Assembly: GCF_018336915.1 (NCBI RefSeq)
Contig: NZ_CP064923.1
Span: forward strand, 1,650,001-1,682,000
DNA: 32,000 bases
Direction: 5' to 3'
DNA from: Acaryochloris marina S15
GTDB lineage: Bacteria; Cyanobacteriota; Cyanobacteriia; Thermosynechococcales; Thermosynechococcaceae
Shown: positions 7,955 to 17,142 of the stretch, in pieces
Numbering within the stretch: position 1 is the stretch's first letter
Layout of the letters: each line of letters begins with the position of its first letter
The notes under the pieces: model-generated
What the model was told of the DNA's origin: nothing
Databases searched by the model: none
The model's input: only the letters and a program-made list of their open reading frames with translations
Made by a program: the position numbers and the translations under genes

Positions 7955-8701
7955 ATGGCATCAATGACAGACTCAGCAGCAGAATCCATCCTCACAACGA
8001 CCACGGGGTTACTGACCTACTATGGCTACGAAGCTGAGAGCCAAGCCGAAGAATCTTTGCTGGATCGTTGGTTTGGAGACTACTCCCCTGAATGGGTTCG
8101 GTTAGCGCTCATTGAGTCATTGTATCGAGGCCGATATAAAACAATCTCAGTGGGCGGACTCCTGGCTGATTGGAAGCGAAAAGGGCAGCCTCTTTATCAC
8201 TTCAACCGAGAATTCGAAGCCCTTATTTGCCACAAATTTCCTCAAATTAAGTTTAAACAAGAAGATATTCCAGCTGATAAACGGGCTGATTCAAAATCTT
8301 TAGGGTTGAATAGGAGACAGAACCTACAGCCGCAACCCACTGTTTCAACGGCAGAAGTGGTGTTGAAACAGCAGAGCCCCAGTTCCCCGATTGAGCTGAA
8401 CTCCCAGAGGGTTGACTCGAGAAGTGATTCGAGCCTTGAAGGTGAGACAACTCCTATTAGTCATAAGCTATGGAGTTTTGTGGCTGACCTATCCGATGAC
8501 AAGACCAGCCCCCAGCAATATTCTCATCCCTCAGCTCCAAGAAATGGTTTGAACGCTCCTTCAAGAGAATCGGTATGGGACCAGGAATCTCAAAAGACTG
8601 AGGTATCTCCTATTGATCAATTCATTCCTAACCAAGAAGTTTCTGATCATTACCAGAAGCTGGTGGAATTAGTTTCCCATCGGTCTACCCCCCATCACTA
8701 G
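7955..8701 (+). CDS. Hypothetical protein: conserved N-terminal helical domain (DnaD/DnaB_2-like motif?) plus disordered Ser/Pro/Gln-rich C-terminal half
   Basis: 248-aa ORF. Residues ~44-80 (SPEWVRLALIESLYRGRYKTISVGGLLADWKRKGQPL) resemble the DnaD C-terminal pattern ALxEA...YIxxILxxWKKxG. The C-terminal ~150 aa are low complexity. Confidence 0.55.
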   Translation: MASMTDSAAESILTTTTGLLTYYGYEAESQAEESLLDRWFGDYSPEWVRLALIESLYRGRYKTISVGGLLADWKRKGQPLYHFNREFEALICHKFPQIKFKQEDIPADKRADSKSLGLNRRQNLQPQPTVSTAEVVLKQQSPSSPIELNSQRVDSRSDSSLEGETTPISHKLWSFVADLSDDKTSPQQYSHPSAPRNGLNAPSRESVWDQESQKTEVSPIDQFIPNQEVSDHYQKLVELVSHRSTPHH

Positions 8702-8958
8702 ACGTAAAGCTAAGGCTAGTAAAATCTGAGGGCATTTTATGGTCTTCATGTCTGCGCCATAAACCCACCAGATTTTGAAGTTAGAAGATCCCGTGATCCC
8801 GATGTCTAATTTTTGAGACTTTGAGAGAATAATGGGCTTTGGTTAATGCGATCCTAGACTCCTTTTGCTTCTTCCTGGTTTCAGTGGACAAGAACTGCTC
8901 AAAGACCCTATACTGGACCCTCATCATCTGTTTAGCGTTTTGGTACTAGGAGGGAACT

Positions 8959-9324
8959 ATTCCTGAACAGCTAACCCTGACCGTAAGCTTACGAGGCACG
9001 CGAGATATCAGGGAGAAATACCAGCTTTTTCGCCTTACGGGCTTACTAGATGCGTTCTCCGAGCCTGTCTTTCGCAAGGTCATGACCAAGTGTCTAGACG
9101 AAAGCCCCTTTCACGTCATTTTGGACCTTTCCAAAATTGACTTTATTGATAGTTCAGGATTGGGAGTGCTCGTGCAGTTGGCTAAAAAAGCGCAAACTGC
9201 AGGGGGATCATTCCAAATTGTCTCTAATCCCAGAGTGACCCAAACGGTCAAGCTGGTTCGATTGGAAAGTTTTCTGTCGTTGCAACCCAACGTTGATACT
9301 GCGATCGCAAATGCTGAAAAATAA
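8959..9324 (+). CDS. STAS-domain protein (anti-sigma-factor antagonist, SpoIIAA-like)
   Basis: DFIDSSGLGVLV phospho-Ser motif. The homologous sequence (LTVSLRGTRDIREKYQLFRLTGLLDAFSEPVFRKV) continues upstream of the first ATG (9082), up to an in-frame TAG at 8947. There is no ATG/GTG/TTG in between. ATT at 8959 follows AGGAGGG (8948..8954). The 3' end is secure and the start is uncertain. Confidence 0.7.
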   Translation: MPEQLTLTVSLRGTRDIREKYQLFRLTGLLDAFSEPVFRKVMTKCLDESPFHVILDLSKIDFIDSSGLGVLVQLAKKAQTAGGSFQIVSNPRVTQTVKLVRLESFLSLQPNVDTAIANAEK

Positions 9325-9431
9325 CCTGATCTATTATTTTCGGCCAATCCTGATGGTAAATCAGGTTAAAAATCATGCCTAAAGCAGAGTCCTGATGTCC
9401 CTCCTTGTTGCTTAGTGTCTGAGCAACAGCG

Positions 9432-9863
9432 ATGCTATATTGTCTCCCCTTTTCATTTCTACAGCCAGCTTCCCTTTCTCTTGCAGAAGTGAGGTCGGTT
9501 TCGCCAGCAGCTCTTGCCTATATCGGAGATGCTGTGTTTGAGCTATTTATGAGACGTTACTGTCTTCTGCCTCCCTCTCGGTTGCGAGACTATCACCAGA
9601 AGGTGGTGTCTTATGTTCGTGCTGAGACACAAGCTGAAATTGTCCGAGACCTGTATCCACTGCTTTCTGATAACGAGCAAGCGATCCTCAAGCAAGGTCG
9701 AAATGCAGCAGCAGGGGGTCCTAAAAGAATTAACTTAGAGACTTATCAATATGCGACGGGTTTTGAAGCCTTGATTGGTTATCTCTATCTCACGGATACC
9801 ACCCGATTGGAAGAGCTGTTAGCTCAAATTAAGTTTGATCTCTCATCGCCTGATCCTGCTTAA
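9432..9863 (+). CDS. mrnC: Mini-ribonuclease III
   Basis: 143-aa ORF. The LAYIGDAVFELFMRRY catalytic motif and the size are typical of Mini-III. It lies upstream of rlmB, as in Bacillus. Confidence 0.8.
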   Translation: MLYCLPFSFLQPASLSLAEVRSVSPAALAYIGDAVFELFMRRYCLLPPSRLRDYHQKVVSYVRAETQAEIVRDLYPLLSDNEQAILKQGRNAAAGGPKRINLETYQYATGFEALIGYLYLTDTTRLEELLAQIKFDLSSPDPA

Positions 9864-9928
9864 AATGGCTTCAGTTTAATTTTGCCCCGGACATAGTCTT
9901 TGTCCCGTAGCTCGAGATTTTCATCCCT

Positions 9929-10855
9929 ATGACCAAAGCGCGGCCATCCCAGAATAATCATGACAAAAGTAAGCCGCGCAAACCTCAGCGCTCTTATTCT
10001 TCGGCCAAAAAGCCACACCGTCAATCCACGTCCTCAAGGCCGCCCCGGAAGCCTAGAGTTCTGTCTAAGGAGCCTTCCCAGCCTGAAGAAGAGGAGAAGG
10101 GAGATTTAATTTATGGGCGTCATTCAGTTCTATCAGCTCTAGAACATCAACGCTCTCTAAACCGGGTATGGATTGTATCCCGCCTGCGTTACGATCCCCG
10201 ATTTCATAGCCTCCTCACCCAAGCCAAATCCCAAGGAACCATTATTGATGAGGTGGATCATCGTCGGCTCAATCAACTCACACAGCAAGGGAACCACCAA
10301 GGGATCGCGGCCCAAGTGGCTGCCTATGAGTATTTAGATGTATCCACATTGATAGAGCAAGCCTGCGCTGCTACTCCTAAACCCGTCATCATTGCGGCGG
10401 ATAGTATTACTGATCCCCATAATCTAGGGGCTATGATTCGGACGGCTGAGGCTTTAGGGGCACAGGGGGTGATTATTCCCCAAAGGAGAGCCTCGGGGGT
10501 CACCTCAGTTGTTGCAAAAGTCGCTACCGGTGCCCTGGAAACTCTGGCGATTGCTCGGGTCATCAACCTCAATCAGGGACTTGAGCAACTTAAAAAAGCT
10601 GGATTTTGGATCTATGGGTTGAGTACCTCAGCGCAGCAGTCTATTCATACAGTGACTTTTACAGAGCCAACCGTATTAGTGATTGGTGCTGAAGGTCCAG
10701 GGTTGAGTGTTTCCACTCAGCACCATTGCGACCAATTGGTTTCGATCCCATTACAGGGTAAAACAGCCAGCTTGAATGCGTCTGTGGCAACGGGTATGGC
10801 CCTCTATGAGGTCTATCGCCAACGTTGGGTAGAAACCCTCCATTTGCGTCCTTGA
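9929..10855 (+). CDS. rlmB: 23S rRNA (guanosine-2'-O)-methyltransferase RlmB (SpoU/TrmH family) with basic N-terminal extension
   Basis: SpoU motifs [27 protein letters not shown] and [22 protein letters not shown]. There is a SpoU substrate-binding N-domain ([13 protein letters not shown]). Confidence 0.85.
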   Translation: MTKARPSQNNHDKSKPRKPQRSYSSAKKPHRQSTSSRPPRKPRVLSKEPSQPEEEEKGDLIYGRHSVLSALEHQRSLNRVWIVSRLRYDPRFHSLLTQAKSQGTIIDEVDHRRLNQLTQQGNHQGIAAQVAAYEYLDVSTLIEQACAATPKPVIIAADSITDPHNLGAMIRTAEALGAQGVIIPQRRASGVTSVVAKVATGALETLAIARVINLNQGLEQLKKAGFWIYGLSTSAQQSIHTVTFTEPTVLVIGAEGPGLSVSTQHHCDQLVSIPLQGKTASLNASVATGMALYEVYRQRWVETLHLRP

Positions 10856-10956
10856 CGTCTACAGATGTTACAGAATATAAAGAGGCTCTACCATAAACTG
10901 TTAGCCGAGATGGTTTGAAATTAGGATCTAGCATTGCAGAGGAAAATGTTTGCACC

Positions 10957-11253
10957 ATGACGACAAAAGATAACACCACAGATTTGTCGAGCCGCTTTGC
11001 CGAATTCTATAATCGCTTAGGATTAGCCTGGTGGGTTGAAATCAAGACATCTTTGCCAGTCTGCATCTATTTTTTTGGCCCTTTCATTAGTCAAAAAGAC
11101 GCAGAAGAGGCTCTGCCTGGTTATATTGAGGACCTAGAGGCTGAGCAGGCTCAAACGATTGTGACGGACGTGAAACGTTGTAAACCGACCCAATTGACGG
11201 TTTGTGATGAACTGGATGTGGAACCTGTAGTAACCGTTCAAGTCAATCCCTAG
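10957..11253 (+). CDS. Small conserved cyanobacterial protein (DUF1816-like)
   Basis: The block GLAWWVEIKTSLPVCIYFFGPFISQKDAEEALPGYIEDLEAEQA matches my recollection of DUF1816. ATG 10957 is preferred over the TTG at 10915 used by the ORF track. Confidence 0.6.
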   Translation: MTTKDNTTDLSSRFAEFYNRLGLAWWVEIKTSLPVCIYFFGPFISQKDAEEALPGYIEDLEAEQAQTIVTDVKRCKPTQLTVCDELDVEPVVTVQVNP

Positions 11254-12100
11254 CTGAATTAAGGGTGATCTTAGGAGTCTTCTTTAGCCATATCTGCAGA
11301 TCCTGCTCTATCTGTTCAGGAATTTCCCATGGCAGTAGATGAGCGGCCTGCTCGTAGCAGATCCATTCACTGCGAGGGATCAGTTCAGCAGTGGCTTTAC
11401 TGGCTGCTGATGTAATGTGGCGATCTTGAGCCCCTGCTAATACTAGGCAAGGACATTGAATGTGTTGCAGTTGTCCTTCTTGGTTATATCCCTGCCTTAA
11501 AGCTTGATTGAGTGCTTCCTGGGCGTACTTAGAAGTGCGGATAAAGGCTGGAACTGCGTAGCGAGCTAAGTATTCATAAGACTGTGGTGTTTGCTGCACC
11601 ATCAAGTAGCGAAATAGGGAGCGCTGCCCTAGGGTGTTGATATTCCAACGCCAACCCGGTCGTATCCAGTTCATGATCCCGGCGAGTCCTGTGAGGAGAT
11701 TGTCTTTCCAGGTAATGGGGGGATGATTACTGCGGGGATAGGCTGCTGTCGCTACCAGAATTAGCCCGCTGACCCTTTCTGGATAACGGATTGCTAATTC
11801 CATCGCCAGAATGCCACCTAAAGACCATCCAAGAATTAAACATTTTTGAATATGATTTTGGTCTAGTAAATGGATTAAATCTTGGATATGATCCCCCATA
11901 GCAAAGGCAGTATGGGTTTGACTTCGGCCATACCCCCGCAGATCAGGAGAGAAAGTTTTATGATTCTGCGATAAAAAATGGGTAAAAATACCCATACACT
12001 GACCTGAGCCTGGGTGGCCGTGCAAACAGAGAATGGGAAAGCCTTCCCCAATAATCTCAACGGCTAAGGGTCTAGGGTGAGATGGATGGTCTTTAGTCAC
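11243..12100 (-). CDS. Alpha/beta-fold hydrolase
   Basis: 285-aa ORF with GTG start. Oxyanion HG motif LHGHPGSG, nucleophile elbow GWSLGG, C-terminal His region (AAHLLPWE). Confidence 0.8.
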   Translation of the reverse strand: MTKDHPSHPRPLAVEIIGEGFPILCLHGHPGSGQCMGIFTHFLSQNHKTFSPDLRGYGRSQTHTAFAMGDHIQDLIHLLDQNHIQKCLILGWSLGGILAMELAIRYPERVSGLILVATAAYPRSNHPPITWKDNLLTGLAGIMNWIRPGWRWNINTLGQRSLFRYLMVQQTPQSYEYLARYAVPAFIRTSKYAQEALNQALRQGYNQEGQLQHIQCPCLVLAGAQDRHITSAASKATAELIPRSEWICYEQAAHLLPWEIPEQIEQDLQIWLKKTPKITLNSARD

Positions 12101-12127
12101 TGTGCTATGGGAAGAAAGTAATGGGGC

Positions 12128-13285
12128 TTAGCTCGCAGATCGATGCTCAAGCATGGACTGCACAAAGCGTGCAAACAAATAATCTGCATCATGGGGTCCA
12201 GGACTGGCTTCGGGGTGATATTGCACGGAAAAGATAGGTAATGATTGATGTTTCAGACCAGCGATCGTTTGGTCGTTGAGATTTAAATGTGTTACTTCCA
12301 CCTCGGCCTGTGCCATGGATTCAGCACTTAAGGCAAAACCATGGTTCTGACTAGTGATTTCAACCTGTTGTTGTAGCCCTGCAGGTTGATTAAGCCCTCG
12401 ATGGCCAAATTTGAGTTTAAACGTATCGACACCCAGGGATAATCCCAATAACTGGTGCCCCAAGCAGATGCCAAACATAGGTTTCTGTTCTGCAAGCAGA
12501 GATTTTGCCGTTTCAATTCCCACAGATACAGCGGCTGGATCCCCGGGGCCATTGGACAAGAAAATACCATCAGGCTTATGACTGAGAATCTCAGCAGCAG
12601 AGGTATGAGCCGGAACCACAATGATTCGACATCCATAGCTCGCTAAGCGTCGCAGGATATTCCGCTTGATCCCAAAATCGAGGGCTACGACAGTCAGAGG
12701 AGGTTGAGTTGAGTCTACAGGGGGAGTGGATTCGCTAAATTCCCAAGCTGCAGGGGTTGGGTCTATCCATTCGTAAGCGGCTTGGGTGGTGACCCGCTCT
12801 GCCAAATTCAACCCTTCCATGGAGGGAGCTAGCAACACTTTTTCTAATAAAGCTTTCGGGTCTAGGATTTCGGTGGAGATTGCTCCATTCATGGCACCTG
12901 TAGAACGGATTTTTCGAGTCAGCGCTCGCGTGTCAATCCCATAAATGCCAGGGATGTGGTGTTGTTGTAGATAGTTGGATAGGGGTTGGGTGGATCGCCA
13001 ATTGCTGGGCTGGTGACAAAGGTTTCGAGCAATGGCCCCTCTGACTTGAGGACGGTCTGATTCTTCGTCTTCTATATTGACGCCTGTGTTACCGAGTTCA
13101 GGATAAGTAAAGGTGACGAGCTGTCCACAATAGCTGGGATCAGTGAGGACTTCTTGATAGCCTGTCATGCCGGTATTAAAAACCACTTCCCCCACTGCAG
13201 TGCCAGGTGCACCAAAGGACCACCCACGATATGAACTGCCATCAGCTAGAACCAGAAGTGCGGCTTGGGAATCAACATTGAGCAT
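12128..13285 (-). CDS. carA: Carbamoyl-phosphate synthase small (glutaminase) subunit
   Basis: 385-aa ORF. N-terminal CPSase small-chain domain ([16 protein letters not shown]). GATase-1 triad motifs GICLGHQ and [12 protein letters not shown]. Confidence 0.95.
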   Translation of the reverse strand: MLNVDSQAALLVLADGSSYRGWSFGAPGTAVGEVVFNTGMTGYQEVLTDPSYCGQLVTFTYPELGNTGVNIEDEESDRPQVRGAIARNLCHQPSNWRSTQPLSNYLQQHHIPGIYGIDTRALTRKIRSTGAMNGAISTEILDPKALLEKVLLAPSMEGLNLAERVTTQAAYEWIDPTPAAWEFSESTPPVDSTQPPLTVVALDFGIKRNILRRLASYGCRIIVVPAHTSAAEILSHKPDGIFLSNGPGDPAAVSVGIETAKSLLAEQKPMFGICLGHQLLGLSLGVDTFKLKFGHRGLNQPAGLQQQVEITSQNHGFALSAESMAQAEVEVTHLNLNDQTIAGLKHQSLPIFSVQYHPEASPGPHDADYLFARFVQSMLEHRSAS

Positions 13286-13321
13286 AGGGATGTGGCGAAT
13301 ATTGAGTGGTTAAAATACGGG

Positions 13322-14353
13322 CTAATAGTAAACCTTAGTAAAGAATCGCACTTTCTGGAGCGCCTCTTCAATCACCTTTAAGAGTTGACGATCAAAATTG
13401 GCAGCATTGTCTTGACGGGGTGTTTGAAATTGAGAGGCGAGTAAATGAACAACTTGAGCGCCGACATTATAGCTAGCAAGGGTCAAGTCTTCAGCTGTAG
13501 AGACCAATTGGTCTTGATCCTGCTGCACTAAGGCAGCCTTCATTTGTTCTAAACTTTGCTGAGCACGTTGCCCATAGGTTTCTAAAATCTCATGCTCAAA
13601 TTCTCCATCCCCACCTGAAAGGGTCTGTAAATGTTTTAGGTTGATGGGTAATTCTCGAATAAAGAGCAAGGTGAATTTATCAGCTGGACCAAAGTTGATC
13701 CGATCACCGAATTGCAGGAGTTGGTGATGACCGGCGGGTAAGGGGACGGCATTGATATAGGTGCCGTTGGTGCTGTCTAAATCTGCGATCGCACATTGTT
13801 TCCGCACGACATGTAAGCTAGCTTGCTGGCGAGAAACCACTTCAGAATTGGGAAAATCGAGTACGTCAATATGGGGGCAACGTCCTGCCCCGGCCTTCCC
13901 AATCAAAATAGGATTAGCTCTAGCAGGTAAGGCCAATAGGGTCCCAGATTGAACATGCAGGAGGCGAAGAGACTCCTGCTGAAATTGGGTTGCCTGAGGA
14001 TCAAATTGTTCGACTAGCTCGACTTCAAGACCTAGATCAACGGCTGTTGACCTATTTTTGGCATGCTTTAGATAGGCAAAACTGTTGGTATCAATGAGGT
14101 TCGCAGGCAAAAGTCTAAGGCCACAGTGATAGCAATATCGCGCAAATCCGAGCTGGGTCGCGCCACAATTTTGACAGCAGGGGACATTGGTTAAGTCCTG
14201 CTGACATCGGGCACAGCTACTCTGCTTCCCAGGCTCATTTTGATAAAAACAATGGGGACAGAGCCGGTTCATGACTCTTGCATCAACGGGGGGACAGCGA
14301 CACGATAGCATTTTTCCACAAGGGCAGGTAATAAAGCGCTCCTGTGGGCTCAC
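13322..14353 (-). CDS. Zinc-ribbon / FHA domain protein with HPt-like C-terminal domain
   Basis: 343-aa ORF with GTG start (alternative ATGs at 14314 and 14272). Three CxxC pairs: CPCG..CRC, CPHC..CARC, CQNC..CYHC. FHA core is ILIGKA...VSRQQASLHV...DLDSTNGTYINAVPL...FGDRINFG. The C-terminus ...QMKAALVQQDQDQLVSTAEDLTLASYNVGAQVV... aligns to the HPt pattern aHxLKGSSxxxGAxxL. Confidence 0.8.
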   Translation of the reverse strand: MSPQERFITCPCGKMLSCRCPPVDARVMNRLCPHCFYQNEPGKQSSCARCQQDLTNVPCCQNCGATQLGFARYCYHCGLRLLPANLIDTNSFAYLKHAKNRSTAVDLGLEVELVEQFDPQATQFQQESLRLLHVQSGTLLALPARANPILIGKAGAGRCPHIDVLDFPNSEVVSRQQASLHVVRKQCAIADLDSTNGTYINAVPLPAGHHQLLQFGDRINFGPADKFTLLFIRELPINLKHLQTLSGGDGEFEHEILETYGQRAQQSLEQMKAALVQQDQDQLVSTAEDLTLASYNVGAQVVHLLASQFQTPRQDNAANFDRQLLKVIEEALQKVRFFTKVYY

Positions 14354-14563
14354 CTAGAACTGTTTTTACCGCCTTGGCAAACTGTAGCTGAGCCTTGAGT
14401 TCAGAACAATATGGTGATTGAAAGCCTGAGATCTGCGCCTGAGTGGTTCCGAGCCCTTGCTAATATCGAGAGTCCCGTTAAAGTATTGTAAAGACGTTAA
14501 GCCAACCTCATTTGACTTACACTCTGCCCAGTAGGACTCAGATAATTTGAAGGAGTGGTCCGG

Positions 14564-14956
14564 ATGAATGCGGCTGAGCAAGCCACAAACCCTGAATCTG
14601 CAACTAAAATAGCTGCCATTGTTAACTTGTTTAAGCGGCAATTTCCTGACGTCAAAGCTAATCTGAAGCCTTGGACGAATGACCCAGATACTCAAGAATG
14701 GGTGGATCCCTATTCAATCGATATGGGATTTAATTTGCCGGCAGGACATACCCTGGTCCAACTGCGAATGCATGACAACCGTTTGATTGGCATCGAAGCA
14801 TCCTGTTTTGGCCCATTTGGCAGCCAACGATGGCGATTCTCAACCATTGGAGATTGGACCTTTCTCGGAAATACCCCTCCTCCTGTAGGATTTCAGGCGA
14901 AGCTCAAGCATACCTTTCAGGAAATTCTTCAGCTATACAACCCTGTTCCCGAATAG
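14564..14956 (+). CDS. Hypothetical protein
   Basis: 130-aa ORF from ATG 14564, preceded by AGGAG (14551..14555). The ORF-track start at 14555 is a GTG inside the SD. No motif recognised. Confidence 0.5.
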   Translation: MNAAEQATNPESATKIAAIVNLFKRQFPDVKANLKPWTNDPDTQEWVDPYSIDMGFNLPAGHTLVQLRMHDNRLIGIEASCFGPFGSQRWRFSTIGDWTFLGNTPPPVGFQAKLKHTFQEILQLYNPVPE

Positions 14957-15039
14957 ATCAATATAGACTCAAGACCTTCCCTAGCCCGTTTTTATGGTGC
15001 CCTGCTCTTCAATTTAGTCCTCTGCTAGTAAGAGACCCC

Positions 15040-15966
15040 ATGTCCCTCCGTAAATTGTCTTGGTCCACTGCGGCCCCTTATCTATTTCTGGCCCCTGCCC
15101 TTTGTATTCTCAGCTTGAGTGTATTTTGGCCAGCCCTGCAAGCGTTTTACCTGAGTTTTACGCAATTTGAGACCCTGGGCCAAACTCCAGAATGGATTGG
15201 CCTCGGTAACTTTGAGCAGCTTTGGACAGATGATGTTTTTTGGCAAAGCTTGAAGAATTCGTTGATTTACCTGATGGGTGTCGTTCCTATCTTGGTGATT
15301 ATGCCCTTAGGATTAGCGATCCTCGTCAATCAGAAATTGAAGGGAATCCATTGGTTTCGCGCCGCTTACTATACTCCTGTTGTGATTTCGATGGTGGTGG
15401 CGGGCATTGCTTGGAAGTGGCTATATGATGAACGCGGTTTATTGAATCAAGGAATCCGTTTGATTACCCAGAACCCGCTAATGGAAACGCTCCTGGGTCA
15501 GTTTGGCTGGACAGGTGATCCCATTGTTTGGCTGCAAAATCCTGATATTGCCCTTTACTGCGTGATGGCAGTCACGGTTTGGAAAGGGTTGGGATATTAT
15601 ATGGTGATTTATTTAGCGGGGTTACAATCCATTCCCCAAGATCTCTATGAGGCTGCGGCGATTGATGGTGCCGATGGTTGGCAAAAACATTGGGATATCA
15701 CTATCCCCTTGATGAAGCCCTATTTAATGCTAGTTTCCGTGATTTCAGCCATCTCTGCGGCCAAGGTATTTGAGGAAGTCTATGTCATGACCCCTGGCGG
15801 TGGTGTCTTGGGGAGTACGATCACGATTGTTGCTAATCTATATGAGCAGGCTTTTTCTGAAGTTGGCAATGGCTATAGCTATGCTTGCGCTATGGGGCTA
15901 GTGTTATTCCTACTGATCTTTGGTCTATCCATTCTGAATTTAAAGCTGGGGCAGCTCCGAGGGTAA
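15040..15966 (+). CDS. Carbohydrate-type ABC transporter permease (MalF/UgpA-like)
   Basis: Six predicted TM segments. EAA loop is YEAAAIDGADGWQKHWDITIPLMKP. Start is placed at ATG 15040 (MSLRKLSWSTAAPYLFLAPAL). The 70 upstream codons in the ORF track overlap the preceding gene and look non-coding. Confidence 0.85.
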   Translation: MSLRKLSWSTAAPYLFLAPALCILSLSVFWPALQAFYLSFTQFETLGQTPEWIGLGNFEQLWTDDVFWQSLKNSLIYLMGVVPILVIMPLGLAILVNQKLKGIHWFRAAYYTPVVISMVVAGIAWKWLYDERGLLNQGIRLITQNPLMETLLGQFGWTGDPIVWLQNPDIALYCVMAVTVWKGLGYYMVIYLAGLQSIPQDLYEAAAIDGADGWQKHWDITIPLMKPYLMLVSVISAISAAKVFEEVYVMTPGGGVLGSTITIVANLYEQAFSEVGNGYSYACAMGLVLFLLIFGLSILNLKLGQLRG

Positions 15967-16104
15967 TCCGTTATCTGGATTAGAAATCTAATAAATATCC
16001 GATAGAACTAGACGATTTAACAAAAACGTAATAGAATCCAGCACGTTTACAATTTGAGTGCAGATAAAGTAGCTTAGTTATAAATTTTTCAAAGGTAGGA
16101 AATA

Positions 16105-17142
16105 GTGGGCCTTTTCAGTCGCTTCTCTCGGGATATTGGCATTGACCTTGGTACAGCAAACACTCTGGCTTATGTATCAGGTAAAGGGATCGTACTGCAA
16201 GAACCTTCGGTTGTTGCGGTGGATCAAGTCACTAAGCAAACCCTAGCTGTAGGGGCCGATGCCAAAATGATGTTAGGCCGTACCCCTGGCAACGTTGTAG
16301 CGATTCGACCTTTGCGAGATGGTGTGATTGCAGACTTTGAGAAAGCTGAACTGATGCTGCAGCATTTTATCCGCCGGGTTCATGGGGGTAAAAGCTTAGT
16401 GTCTCCTCGCGTGGTCGTGGGTATCCCCAGTGGGGTAACGGGAGTAGAGCGACGGGCTGTGATGGAGGCCGCCAGCCAAGCGGGTGCCCGGGAAGTTCAC
16501 CTACTTGATGAGCCTGTGGCCGCAGCCATTGGGGCAGGAATGCCTGTTGATGAGCCCACTGGAAACATGATCATCGATATCGGAGGTGGTACCACTGAAG
16601 TTGCGGTGATGAGTTTACAAGGGAGTGTGATCAGTGAATCGGTTCGGGTTGCGGGTGACGAACTCACCGAGTCGATTGCTCAGTACATGAAGAAAGTCCA
16701 CAACCTAGTCATTGGTGAACGGACTGCAGAAGATATCAAAATACGAATTGGTTCGGCCTATCCCACCAACGATAATGATGATGCCAATATGGAGGTCAGA
16801 GGACTACACCTCCTGTCTGGACTACCTCGAACGGTGCTAGTCAAGGGACCCGAGATTCGCGAGAGCATGACTGAGCCCCTCTCTTCAATTGTGGAAGCAG
16901 TCAAGCGTACCTTAGAGCGAATGCCCCCGGAATTAGCGGCAGATATTGTAGACCGCGGCATTATGTTGGCGGGCGGCGGCGCCTTACTGAAAGGCTTAGA
17001 TAAGCTGATTAGCCATGAAACTGGGATTGTTGTCCATATTGCATCAGATCCGCTCTGTTGTGTTGTGATGGGAACTGGGCTGGTTTTGGAGAACTTTCAG
17101 CAATTTTCTCGCGTATTTTCTAACCCAACGACTGTTCTTTAG
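16105..17142 (+). CDS. mreB: Rod-shape-determining actin homologue MreB
   Basis: 345-aa ORF with GTG start. Actin-fold phosphate motifs IGIDLGTANT and IIDIGGGTTEVAV. Followed by mreC and mreD. Confidence 0.95.
   Translation: MGLFSRFSRDIGIDLGTANTLAYVSGKGIVLQEPSVVAVDQVTKQTLAVGADAKMMLGRTPGNVVAIRPLRDGVIADFEKAELMLQHFIRRVHGGKSLVSPRVVVGIPSGVTGVERRAVMEAASQAGAREVHLLDEPVAAAIGAGMPVDEPTGNMIIDIGGGTTEVAVMSLQGSVISESVRVAGDELTESIAQYMKKVHNLVIGERTAEDIKIRIGSAYPTNDNDDANMEVRGLHLLSGLPRTVLVKGPEIRESMTEPLSSIVEAVKRTLERMPPELAADIVDRGIMLAGGGALLKGLDKLISHETGIVVHIASDPLCCVVMGTGLVLENFQQFSRVFSNPTTVL

Noticed and set aside
11243-11253. 11-nt convergent overlap between the DUF1816-like gene and the hydrolase gene.
   Set aside because: Short tail-to-tail overlaps are common. 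No structure or signal is associated with it.
14830-15039. 70-codon N-terminal extension of the ABC permease in the track.
   Set aside because: It overlaps the preceding gene in another frame and is not permease-like. The typical permease N-terminus begins at ATG 15040.
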